A model generated the notes under the pieces. That model saw nothing but the letters and a program-made list of their open reading frames with translations. It ran no database searches and was not told the origin of the DNA. Below are positions 51,209 through 60,895 of a DNA stretch of 64,000 bases, one piece after another (positions within the stretch are counted from its first letter, which is position 1; each line of letters begins with the position of its first letter). Source of the stretch: Candidatus Parcubacteria bacterium (GTDB lineage: Bacteria; Patescibacteriota; Minisyncoccia; Phycocordibacterales; UBA5272). Made by a program: the position numbers and the translations under genes. The stretch is taken from NCBI GenBank assembly GCA_039796775.1, contig JBDKJD010000002.1, forward strand, positions 76,574 through 140,573. Direction: 5' to 3'.

Positions 51209-54200
51209 ATGTCTAATTTCTCAATGAAGATTGCTACAGGAGTAGCGGTCATCGGAGGTATCGTAGCTGGTGCAGTTTCTGCACAAGCTGCTCTCAACCT
51301 TCCAACAATGAGCTGTGGATACACATTCAACACGAATATGCGTCTCGGTTCACGTGGTACAGATGTAATGAACCTTCAAAAGGTTCTTAACATGTATCCA
51401 CAAACACAAATCGCTTCATCAGGAGCTGGTTCTCCAGGAATGGAAACTACAACTTTTGGTCCAGCGACTCGTGCTGCAGTTAACAAGTTCCAAGCTCTCC
51501 ATTTAGCTGAGCTCGGAGTTACTGCTCCTACAGGAAACGTGTTCGCAGGAACTCGTGGACTCCTTAACCAAGTTTGTTCAGGTACAACCTCAACAACACC
51601 TACAACACCAGGTAACGTTGTATCAGGTCCAGTGTCTGCGATGCTTGGATCATCACAACCTACAGGTATGCTTGTAGCTAGCCAATCAGGTGCTCGTCTC
51701 GCTGATATTACTTTCTCAGGTAATGGGACTGTAACTAACATCGAACTCCAAAGAACTGGAGTTTCAGCAGACTCAACACTTACAAACGTATACCTCTATG
51801 ATGGTAACGTTCGTATTTCTGATGCAGCATCTGTAATCACAGGTGGATTCATCAGATTCAACTCATCTACTGGTCTTTTCTCAGTGAGTGGAACTCGTAC
51901 TATTACTGTACGTGCTGACATCGCTTCAGGAACATCAGGACAATCAGTTGGTGTGAAGCTTAATTCAGTAACTGCAGGAGGTGCAGCATCTACTTACACT
52001 AACGTGATGGGTAACATGCTCCAAATCGGTTCAGCAACTCCAGCTACTGTTAACTTCTCAACAATCACTACATCAGACACTAACGTTGACGCAGGAACTC
52101 AAGGTTACAAGCTTTGGGAAGGTACTGCTTCAGTTGGTACACGTGATGTAATGTTTAGATCTGCTACATTCAAGTTCGTTGGTTCAGCTCCAGTTGATGC
52201 AGCTGCTAACATCTCTCTCTATGTAGATGGATCTAAGGTTGCTGGTCCTATGATGATCAACGCTGCGAACAACAACAAGCTCTCATTTGATCTTGGTTCA
52301 GGTGTTCTTCTCCGTACAGGATCTCGTACAATCGAGGTTCGTGGAGACATCGTTAAGGGTTCAAACCGTACTATGACTTTCTCAGTAGAGAACGTTGCTG
52401 ATCTTATGTTCGAGGATACATCACTTGCTGGTGTTAACTCAGCTGCGACAGTTTCTAACGCTGCTTTGACTCAGTCAAACACAACATACAGAACAATCAC
52501 TGTTAACTCAGGATCTGTAACTGTAAACGTTGACCCTGCTTACTCTGCAAACAAAGTAACAGGTGGAGCAACTAATGTAACAATTGGTCAATTCACTCTT
52601 AAGGGATATGGTGAAGATGTGAAGGTTAACAACCTCCAAATCGCTCCTGCTCTTACAAGTGCATCTCCTTACAACGGTGGTATGTCAAATGTGAGCCTTT
52701 ATGTAAACGGTGGACAAGTCGGAACTTCACAGAACTGGACTGGATCAGCGCTTACATATAACCTTGGTTCATCACTTATCATCCCTGCTGGTCAAACTGT
52801 AACTCTTGCAGTTAAGGCTGACGTTCGTAACGCTACTTCATCAACTTCATATACAGCTGGTTCTGTATCTGTAACAATTGGTGGTGTTGCTTCTAACGCA
52901 CAAGGACAATCTTCTAACCAAATTGTAACTGTAGCTGGTGGTGCTGGTGTAACTGGTAATACTCTTACTGTTTCATCAGGTGCTGGATCATTCGCTCGCA
53001 CATCAGGTTTTGCTGCTGTGACTATCGCTCCTAACACAACTAATGTTAGAATCGGTTCATTCACACTACAAGCTGATTCATCTGAGGATATTCGTGTAAC
53101 TTCAATTGGAGTTAATCCAGCTGTTACTACTTACGCGATTACTAACCTCTCAAACCTTACTGTTCGTTCAAATGGTGTTGTAGTGGGTACTCCAGTTGGT
53201 AACCCAGCTGCTGGAACTTCTACATACTCATTCTCTGATATTGTTATCCCTGCTAACTCAACTCGTACTTTCGAAGTATTCGCTGATGTGGCTGGTGCAA
53301 CTTCAGGTAACGTAAATGCAGCAATGCAAATTACTTACAGAGGATCAGTTAGTAACACTACTACTACTTCATCAGCTTCTGGTGTAGCTATCACTTCAGC
53401 CGCTTCAACTCTTGCAGCAGCTACTCTTGTGAGCTCATCTCCAGTTGCTCAATTCGTAGTAGGTGGAACAACATTCGGTATCGCAACATTCAAGCTCTCT
53501 ACAGCTGCGGCTGGAACAGTAGCTAATGTTCGTGAGCTCCGCTTCACAACTACTGGAACTGACGCTATTGAGTCAATTACAGTAGGTGGAGTAACAGCTC
53601 CTGTAATCTCAGGAGGTACAACTACTGTTTCAGGTCTTAACATCGCTATCTCATCAACTGGTACTGATGTTCCTGTAACTGTTAAGTACTCTGGATTCCA
53701 GAACTCAACTACAGGTGGTTCTCTCACAGCTGGTGTAGCGTCTGTATACGTAACACTTGGTCATATTGAAGCTACTTCAGGATCAGGTACTGTTATCACA
53801 AGCGTTACTCCTGTTAACTCAAATACAATGACACTTGTTGCTTCAAAGCCAACTGTTACTGTATCAGGAACTCAAGGAGGAGTACTCATCCTTGGTGCTG
53901 AAAACAAAGTGGGTGAATTCACTGTAGCTGCTGATGCTAACGGTAAGGTTTCTATCTCTACAACAACTGTAAACCTTACAGGTAACAACATTACAGGTGT
54001 ACAATTTGCATCACCTCGTATTGCTGATGGAAACACAACAATTTCTTCAGGTTCTGTAACTGGTTCATCAACAATGGTGATCTCATTTGTTCCTGGTTAT
54101 GAAATCTCTGCTGGTCAGTCTAAGACTTTCTCACTCTACGCAACTGTAACAGGTGCTTCAGTATCTGGAACAACAGCGTATGTAGCGTCTAGTCTTACTG

Positions 54201-54301
54201 CTTCAGGATTCCAATGGCGTGATGTGATTGGTGGAGGTACACAGTACGCTGGTACTAACATCATCAACTTCCCAACTAACAGCTACACAACAGCTCGCTA
54301 G
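51209..54301 (+). CDS. giant (~1030 aa) secreted Thr/Ser/Gly/Val-rich putative surface-layer protein with N-terminal Cys-bracketed PG_binding_1-like domain (paralog 3); start at 51209 or 51224, not 51131
   Basis: Signal peptide MKIATGVAVIGGIVAGAVSAQA; strong codon bias and elevated GC; low-complexity beta-rich sequence. Confidence 0.55.
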   Translation: MSNFSMKIATGVAVIGGIVAGAVSAQAALNLPTMSCGYTFNTNMRLGSRGTDVMNLQKVLNMYPQTQIASSGAGSPGMETTTFGPATRAAVNKFQALHLAELGVTAPTGNVFAGTRGLLNQVCSGTTSTTPTTPGNVVSGPVSAMLGSSQPTGMLVASQSGARLADITFSGNGTVTNIELQRTGVSADSTLTNVYLYDGNVRISDAASVITGGFIRFNSSTGLFSVSGTRTITVRADIASGTSGQSVGVKLNSVTAGGAASTYTNVMGNMLQIGSATPATVNFSTITTSDTNVDAGTQGYKLWEGTASVGTRDVMFRSATFKFVGSAPVDAAANISLYVDGSKVAGPMMINAANNNKLSFDLGSGVLLRTGSRTIEVRGDIVKGSNRTMTFSVENVADLMFEDTSLAGVNSAATVSNAALTQSNTTYRTITVNSGSVTVNVDPAYSANKVTGGATNVTIGQFTLKGYGEDVKVNNLQIAPALTSASPYNGGMSNVSLYVNGGQVGTSQNWTGSALTYNLGSSLIIPAGQTVTLAVKADVRNATSSTSYTAGSVSVTIGGVASNAQGQSSNQIVTVAGGAGVTGNTLTVSSGAGSFARTSGFAAVTIAPNTTNVRIGSFTLQADSSEDIRVTSIGVNPAVTTYAITNLSNLTVRSNGVVVGTPVGNPAAGTSTYSFSDIVIPANSTRTFEVFADVAGATSGNVNAAMQITYRGSVSNTTTTSSASGVAITSAASTLAAATLVSSSPVAQFVVGGTTFGIATFKLSTAAAGTVANVRELRFTTTGTDAIESITVGGVTAPVISGGTTTVSGLNIAISSTGTDVPVTVKYSGFQNSTTGGSLTAGVASVYVTLGHIEATSGSGTVITSVTPVNSNTMTLVASKPTVTVSGTQGGVLILGAENKVGEFTVAADANGKVSISTTTVNLTGNNITGVQFASPRIADGNTTISSGSVTGSSTMVISFVPGYEISAGQSKTFSLYATVTGASVSGTTAYVASSLTASGFQWRDVIGGGTQYAGTNIINFPTNSYTTAR

Positions 54302-54352
54302 TCTTCGCGTCAGTTAATTCTGTAAAGAATTTTCTAAGCAATTAGGAAGTAA

Positions 54353-54388
54353 CAAAACCGCCCCGCAAGGGGCGGTTTTGTGTTTTTG
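54353..54388 (+). terminator. terminator, GCAA tetraloop
   Basis: aaaaccgcccc gcaa ggggcggttttgtgttttt. Confidence 0.6.
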
Positions 54389-54756
54389 GGAGGCAGAGTA
54401 TAGAACAAAGAATGTAGAGTGTGCAAACAATCAAAATATACTCATGTGCTCACTACGCTCTAATATCTATGATCTATATTCTTTTCTAGTCTATTTGCCA
54501 ATTACGCACTTCCTGTGATAGTATTATGCCTGTAAACCAAAGAAGTAGGTCGAGAAGCTTAGCTTCGAAGATGTCCGTAGGTAGCAACCGAAGGACATAA
54601 GATATAGCTAAGCATCGATAATTCCTACGGAGGTGAATCAAGAGACTTGTAGCTTTGCTGTTGGTAAGCTTGATTCCTACTCTCATTTCGTTTATCAGAT
54701 ACAACTAGATATCTGCCTCATTTACTTAAGCACTGGTAGCTAGTAACTAGTGCCTA

Positions 54757-55257
54757 ATGACTATATACATGGCATTAACACGCACAAAAAAAGCAGAACT
54801 TATTGAGTCCTATACAGGAGCTCTTAAGGAAGCTAAAAGCGCTGTGTATGTTAAGTTCAAAGGACTCTCAGTGGCTGAGACTAGTGGTCTTCGAAAGCAA
54901 CTCTTTAGTGAAAATATTCACTATACAGTTGTTAAGAAAACTCTCTGGACTCGTGCAACTAACGCAGTCGGAATTAAAGGCGAAGCACCAGCTATCGGCG
55001 AAGAACTCGCTGTTATCTATGGAACTGATCTTTTGGCTCCCGCTCGTGTGTCTTATGAATTTAGCAAGACTCACAAGGATACCTTTGGTATCTTAGGAGG
55101 AATCTTTGATGGTGAATTCAAGTCTCAACAAGAGATGCTCTCTATTGCAACCATTCCTTCTCGTGAAGTTCTTCTTTCACAGATTGCTTATCTACTTAAG
55201 TCTCCGATGACAAGACTTGCTGTCGGACTTGGAGAAGTAGCAAAAACAAAAAACTAA
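54757..55257 (+). CDS. rplJ: 50S ribosomal protein L10
   Basis: Translation. Confidence 0.9.
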   Translation: MTIYMALTRTKKAELIESYTGALKEAKSAVYVKFKGLSVAETSGLRKQLFSENIHYTVVKKTLWTRATNAVGIKGEAPAIGEELAVIYGTDLLAPARVSYEFSKTHKDTFGILGGIFDGEFKSQQEMLSIATIPSREVLLSQIAYLLKSPMTRLAVGLGEVAKTKN

Positions 55258-55330
55258 AACTCTTAGTTTTTAAAGGTAATTAGTATCCTAACTAATAACC
55301 ATTAACTAATAACCATTAACTATTTAAACT

Positions 55331-55699
55331 ATGGAAAAATTCGCAGATCTTTTAACTAAGATTGAAAATATGTCAGTAATTGAACTTAACGAACTCGTTA
55401 AGGCAATTGAGGAAAAATTCGGTGTATCAGCGCAAGCGGTAGCAGCGGCTCCAGCAGCTGGAGCAGGGGCATCTGATGCAGAAGAGAAATCAGCGTACAC
55501 TGTTCATCTAGCTTCAGCTGGTGAAGGCAAAATCGCTGTTATGAAGGTTGTTAAAGAAGTTCTTGGTCTTGGACTCAAGGAAGCTAAGGATCTTGTGGAC
55601 GCGGCTCCATCTGATCTTAAGACTGACATGAAGAAGGCTGAGGCTGAAGATTTCAAGAAGAAACTCGAAGAAGCAGGTGCTTCAGTTACACTTAAGTAA
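55331..55699 (+). CDS. rplL: 50S ribosomal protein L7/L12
   Basis: Translation. Confidence 0.95.
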   Translation: MEKFADLLTKIENMSVIELNELVKAIEEKFGVSAQAVAAAPAAGAGASDAEEKSAYTVHLASAGEGKIAVMKVVKEVLGLGLKEAKDLVDAAPSDLKTDMKKAEAEDFKKKLEEAGASVTLK

Positions 55700-55718
55700 T
55701 TAACGTACGGATTAAACA

Positions 55719-55750
55719 AAAAAACTCTCATGATGAGAGTTTTTTTGTTT
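55719..55750 (+). terminator. terminator after rplL
   Basis: aaactctcat g atgagagtttttttg. Confidence 0.6.
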
Positions 55751-55762
55751 ATAATAAATGCT

Positions 55763-56087
55763 CTTATTCACACATACCCCGGGCATTAGCCCGTGGGAAC
55801 TTTGTAGGAAAGTTTGAAAACCTCGGTTTTCAATAATCCTTGCGGAGCTTTCCTAGATACCCCGCCGATACGAATGGAATGAGTGAGGGAAGGTCTCTGA
55901 CCCGGGGAGCTTCGTTGATGAATGTGAATCAAAAATATTCACAGATTGTTACCCTGCAACAACCGGGCGATATGTAAAAGCGTGTCCTTGTTGGGGGTAA
56001 AGACCCAACTAACATTCGGCTCGTTGAGTGGCAATCAAAAGATTAGATGGTTTTGTGTTAAGAGCGCCACAAGTGGCGCTCTTTTTA
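55763..56087 (+). ncRNA. structured GC-enriched ncRNA (~325 nt), possibly a divergent RNase P RNA
   Basis: TATAAT at 55750-55755 upstream; nested hairpins; partial CR-I (AGGAAAGU), CR-II-like (GAGGGAAGG), CR-III-like (GUAAAAGCGUGUCC) matches in the expected order; terminator at 56059-56087. Confidence 0.4.
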
Positions 56088-56150
56088 CATCATTTGATGT
56101 ATCTGACAAGACTAGAATTAGAAAAGGTTTTTCTATACAATACGTGATAT

Positions 56151-56756
56151 ATGGAACTTTTATCACGATTATTCGGTAGCGCAGAAAGAGTTAAAGTTAT
56201 TAGATATTTTTTGCATCATGAGGATGTTTTTGTCACAGAAGAGATGGTGCGAGAAGCGACTAAGTCAAAAGTTCCTATCTTAAAAAAAGAGCTATCTCTC
56301 CTCACCGCTATTTCATTTTTGGAAAAAAAGAAAACCAAAATGTATATAGCCTCAGGTACAAAAAAACAACCAAAATTAAAAGAAGTAACAGCCTATGCTC
56401 TTGTGAGCAGTTTCGCTTACATTGCTGTTTTAAAAGAACTTCTTTTCACCTACAGCGAAAATGATTTAAAAGAATTAGCTGCTAGATTCAAAGGGCTCGG
56501 TCGTATAAAACTATTCCTTGTTTCTGGTATCTTTGTTTCAGATGATAAGGCGCGCCTCGATATACTACTTGTTGGTGATGCTTTCAAAAAACCAAAAGTA
56601 GAAAAAGTCTTTGATAGTATATCAGCCGAAACAGGAAGAGAGATTCGTTATGCTCTTATGGACTCTGAAGAATATGAGTATCGTATCAAGATGTATGATA
56701 AATTTGTATTAGACGTTTTGGAATTTCCTCACAAAAAGATTATTAATAAGTTTTGA
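56151..56756 (+). CDS. hypothetical protein
   Basis: ORF. Confidence 0.35.
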   Translation: MELLSRLFGSAERVKVIRYFLHHEDVFVTEEMVREATKSKVPILKKELSLLTAISFLEKKKTKMYIASGTKKQPKLKEVTAYALVSSFAYIAVLKELLFTYSENDLKELAARFKGLGRIKLFLVSGIFVSDDKARLDILLVGDAFKKPKVEKVFDSISAETGREIRYALMDSEEYEYRIKMYDKFVLDVLEFPHKKIINKF

Positions 56757-56780
56757 TTCTAGTGTTAGTTAATGAGCGAA

Positions 56781-56833
56781 ATAGCAGAAGAAAAAGCGGA
56801 AGCCTGCGGCTTCCGCTTTTTCTTCTGCTATTT
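56781..56833. terminator. 53-nt perfect palindrome, bidirectional terminator (24-bp stem)
   Basis: atagcagaagaaaaagcggaagcc tgc ggcttccgctttttcttctgctat. Confidence 0.55.
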
Positions 56834-57769
56834 CCCACGTTCAACAGCTCGAATATACGATTTGTAATAAGAAATATAATATTGCAACCTGGCTATATCT
56901 TCCGATGTTGTTTTTGCATCTTGATCTACAGATTCAAAATATGTAGAAGACATACCAAGAGATGCAGCTTTTTTGTTCATAGCATTAACAAACATCGCCT
57001 CACCAAGAGATGATGCATAGAGGTCAACTATCATTTGGTCATTGCTAGTATCATTATCTTGCATAAGGTAAAGGAGTAATTTTCTTCGCGTGCTTATTGT
57101 ATTCTCAAACGGTACTGGGCTATCTTGTGAGAGTAGTTCAAGCGATATAATCGCACTCATTAAATGAGTCACTTTAAGAGAGTTTGTGTCAGGATTTTTT
57201 TTACGTGTAGGGGAGAATTCGTCAACACTTTTCTGTACCACAATAATTGGCATATCTTTCGTCACGAATTCATACACCTGCTTAGCGTCTTCATCAGATA
57301 GTCGTATACATCCACCACTGTATTCGCTTGTCACTTTTTGACCATTTGGATAATAGGGGATTCCATGAATAAAATAATTACCAAAAATTTGCACACTATA
57401 TGGCATATACACGTGCCCGATGGAGCTAAAATGAAGCGGGGTTTTATATGGAGAAGTGTGGTTGCCGCCTATGGTTTCATAATAGCTTCCAGGTACTCCT
57501 TTTGAGATAATTGGAAATGATTGTTTTGTTGTGGTCCCATTACGTAATTCGATTCGCATCACGTCAAGTAATGCAACCACATGATCTCCAGAGGTGGCAC
57601 TATTAGAAACAGGTCGCACATCTACGCTCTCCGCTTTGGTGATAGTGGAGAAAAAAAAGGAGAAAAGAATTATGGCTACAAAAGAAAGAATAAACGCTAT
57701 AACAAAAAAAAGAGTAGTGAATGAGAGTTTCTTAAGAACCATAATGATAATAAAAATACATCCTATCAA
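56828..57769 (-). CDS. L,D-transpeptidase (YkuD domain) with N-terminal TM
   Basis: YFIHGIPYYPNGQ...SGGCIRLSDEDAKQVYEFV catalytic motif. Confidence 0.6.
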   Translation of the reverse strand: MIGCIFIIIMVLKKLSFTTLFFVIAFILSFVAIILFSFFFSTITKAESVDVRPVSNSATSGDHVVALLDVMRIELRNGTTTKQSFPIISKGVPGSYYETIGGNHTSPYKTPLHFSSIGHVYMPYSVQIFGNYFIHGIPYYPNGQKVTSEYSGGCIRLSDEDAKQVYEFVTKDMPIIVVQKSVDEFSPTRKKNPDTNSLKVTHLMSAIISLELLSQDSPVPFENTISTRRKLLLYLMQDNDTSNDQMIVDLYASSLGEAMFVNAMNKKAASLGMSSTYFESVDQDAKTTSEDIARLQYYISYYKSYIRAVERGK

Positions 57770-57891
57770 AAAAGTGGATAATTAACAAATAAAATCCTCA
57801 GTGAAAGGATATACTTAGAGTACCTTTATATACGTTTATATAAAGGTGTATGCATACACTTTATTATTAACGTTAAGCTATTAATTACTTT

Positions 57892-58563
57892 ATGTTTAAA
57901 GATTCTGTAGACATTTTGGGACAAGCTCTTGTGGACACAGGGATGACTCTTATTTCATTCTTGCCTAATATCGTTATCGCTATAGTGATATTCGCTTTGG
58001 GGTGGTTCGCAGGATCAGTTCTTGGTAAGGCGGTTGAGCATCTTGTGTCTGTGCTCCGTGTAGACAAAGCTCTTCACAAAGCAGGGTTCGATGTATTAAG
58101 TGAGAAGGCAGGCTTCCATGTTTCTGTTGCTCGTTTTATGGGAGGTATTATTAAGTGGTTAGTTATTGTGGCGTTCACAATTGCTTCAGCTGAGATTCTT
58201 AATCTTTCTCAGATTACTGAACTATTGCGTGATGTTCTCTTGTATGTCCCTCAAGTGATTATCGCAGCGACTATACTTGTGATATCAATGCTTCTCGGTG
58301 ACTTTGTGTCACGTCTCGTTTCTCATTCTGTAAAAGCTACAGGAATGAATGGAGAGCTTGCGGCGCAGATGTCTAAGTGGGCTATTATCATAGTTGGTGG
58401 TGTCTTCCCGGCGCTTACACAACTTCGTATTGCTCCAGGGTTGATTGAAGTGCTTTTCACTGGAATCGTATTTGCTCTCTCTTTGGCTTTAGGGCTCGCA
58501 TTTGGATTAGGAGGACGTGATGCGGCATCTCGCGCATTAGACAAAATGAAAGGATCAGAATAG
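57892..58563 (+). CDS. membrane protein with repeated 'conserved TM helix' motifs
   Basis: Two repeated TM-helix segments. Confidence 0.35.
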   Translation: MFKDSVDILGQALVDTGMTLISFLPNIVIAIVIFALGWFAGSVLGKAVEHLVSVLRVDKALHKAGFDVLSEKAGFHVSVARFMGGIIKWLVIVAFTIASAEILNLSQITELLRDVLLYVPQVIIAATILVISMLLGDFVSRLVSHSVKATGMNGELAAQMSKWAIIIVGGVFPALTQLRIAPGLIEVLFTGIVFALSLALGLAFGLGGRDAASRALDKMKGSE

Positions 58564-58589
58564 TTGTGAGGTAAGTCTTTTTGATTCAA

Positions 58590-58625
58590 AAAGAAGCGCA
58601 AGCCGTAGGCTTGCGCTTCTTTAAC
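58590..58625 (+). terminator. terminator, GUAG loop
   Basis: agaagcgcaagcc gtag gcttgcgcttcttt. Confidence 0.55.
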
Positions 58626-59238
58626 TTTTGAAATGTTTAGGAATAGGATTCAAGCAGTTGTTACTTTTATTCAAAGGAGAAATAAGATGATCTCGGTTAT
58701 ACGCAAAGGGGATACATCTCTTGTCACATTTATTGAATTTTCAGCTTCGGAAACAGGTGTCACTGTTTGTGTTCACCCAGATAAGGACAGCACCCCTGTT
58801 TCTGAAAGCATACGATTATGTGGTGCGAATGCCGGTGGCGTTCACGACATATGTATGCAGCTTTAGCGGTCATTGAACAAGAAGAGAGAGGGGGGGAGTC
58901 AGGCGTCACATAAAGAAAAGTATGTTCTTAATGGTGACAATGGTTGCGTCACTGTTATGCGGGGAATAGGGGATTCTGGTTTCATTGTCAAAACAAATAA
59001 TCCTCTTTCTTCGGATGATGATCAGTTCTGTGGCGCTAAAGTTTTTTTGGGGCGGCGAATCAAGACTACACGAGAGTTGTCAGTCTTATGAAAGCTGTAG
59101 AGAAAGATAATCAAGAGCGGCCAATTCCTTGATTGTTTTTCTTTACTTAAAAAGCCCTCATTTTTGGGGCTTTTTTATTTGTACAACAGGCTTCTTCTAA
59201 TTTTTTATAACGTAATAGATACCCTCATCACAATTTCC

Positions 59239-59267
59239 TTGACTTTACTTAACTCTTTTGATAAGAT
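59239..59267 (+). promoter_or_regulatory. promoter TTGACT-N17-TAAGAT ~300 nt upstream of 23S rRNA
   Basis: Hexamers and spacing. Confidence 0.4.
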
Positions 59268-59864
59268 AGCTATCACTGACTAATGAAGAAAAACGTTAAC
59301 AAAAACCACTAAGAAATTCGGGGCCGGGTAACGTTCGTTACTAAGCCGCCGAAAGGCGGATTTTGTTTTTTTAATAAGTCAGTTTCTGTAGTTACTTTGA
59401 CAATAGAATCCCATGCATCTCACGCACACAACAATACTGTTATCCAGTAGTAGTAATATTCACTGGGGTCTTGCGGAGTAGATGACATGGACACATGAAA
59501 AGACAACACATCACACAGCGACGGAGCGGTCCTTAGCTGTGTGGTAATTATGTTTCCTAATAGGAACATTAAGAGCATACGGTGGATGCCTTGGATCTAA
59601 CAAGCGACGAAAGACGTGGTCAGGCGACGATACGTTTCGGGGAGGTGCCTAACAACCTTCGATCCGGAAATTTCTGAATGGGGAAACCCTACACGAGTAA
59701 TGTCGTGTAACCATAGAGAGCATTCTCATGGAGCAAACTCAGGGAAGTGAAACATCTCAGTACCTGAAGGAAAAGAAACTAAAATAAGTATTCCGCAAGT
59801 AGCGGCGAGCGAAAACGGAGAAGCCCAAACCTACGCATCACACAGTGTGTGATGCAGTATTGGT

Positions 59865-59945
59865 AATTAGTAATTGGTAATTGGTCAAATGCATTTTGTA
59901 TTTAACTAATAACTAATAACTAATAACTAATAACTGCATCGCGCT
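59865..59945 (+). repeat. AT-rich expansion in a 23S domain I variable helix containing (TAACTAA)n and (TTGGTAA)n microsatellites
   Basis: Seen in sequence between the conserved blocks GCCCAAACC and GGGGGTAGTAAG. Confidence 0.6.
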
Positions 59946-60165
59946 TTGCGTGATGCGTGGGGGTAGTAAGACAGAAACGTAGATTTCTAGAAGAGTTACA
60001 AAAGATATGTATAGATAAAGTTGTTGGAAAGCAACGCCAAAGAAAGTGATAGCCTTGTTATCGAAATGCATATCTCTCTTTTGTTTCTGATCTTGAGTAA
60101 TTCGAGACATGAATAGCTCGGGTGAATCAGCCAGAACTAACTGGTAAGGCTAAATATTGTTAGAT

Positions 60166-60210
<45 letters not shown>

Positions 60211-60895
60211 GGGAGGGGAGTGAAATAGAACTGAAACCGTATGTTTACAAAGAGTAGAAGAGGACTTGTTCCTCGACTGCGTGCCTATTGAAGAATGAGC
60301 CAACGAGTTGTAGGTTACTGCAGGCTAAGTGGTATAAAGTCACGGAGCCATAGCGAAAGCAAGTGTGATAAGCGCGAACAAATATTGTAGTAACTTACAG
60401 ACCCGAAGCCGGATGAGCTTACCATGAGCAGGGTGAAGTATCTCGAAAGAGATATGGAGGCCCGAACCAGTAGGTTGTACGACTCCTTTGGATGACTTGT
60501 GGTAAGGAGTGAAAAGCTAATCGAATTCGGTAATAGCTGGTTCTCTCCGAAATAGTTTTTGGACTAGCGTCGTGTGTTCCCTTTGGGGGTAAAGCACTGG
60601 AAGGTTTTGACTAGTAGAAATACGGCAACACCTATCAAACTCTGAATACCAAAGGTTAAAAACGCGGCAGTAAGACCACGGGGGCGAAGCTCCGTAGGTC
60701 AAAAGGGAAACAGCCCAGATCGCAAGTTAAGGTCCCTAAGTATAGATTAAGTGTAAGCGAGGAGGTGGAGTTTCATTGACAATGAGGATGTTGGCTTAGA
60801 AGCAGCCATCATTGAAAGAAAGCGTAACAGCTCACCCATCGAGAGACTCTGCGCCGTAAATGATCGGGACTAAAATCTATCACCGAAACTGCGGG

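Noticed and set aside
58600-59560. Looked for a 16S rRNA gene or tRNAs upstream of the 23S
   Set aside because: Only ~960 nt are available and they contain small ORFs, a promoter and a hairpin; no rRNA-like conserved blocks or tRNA features.
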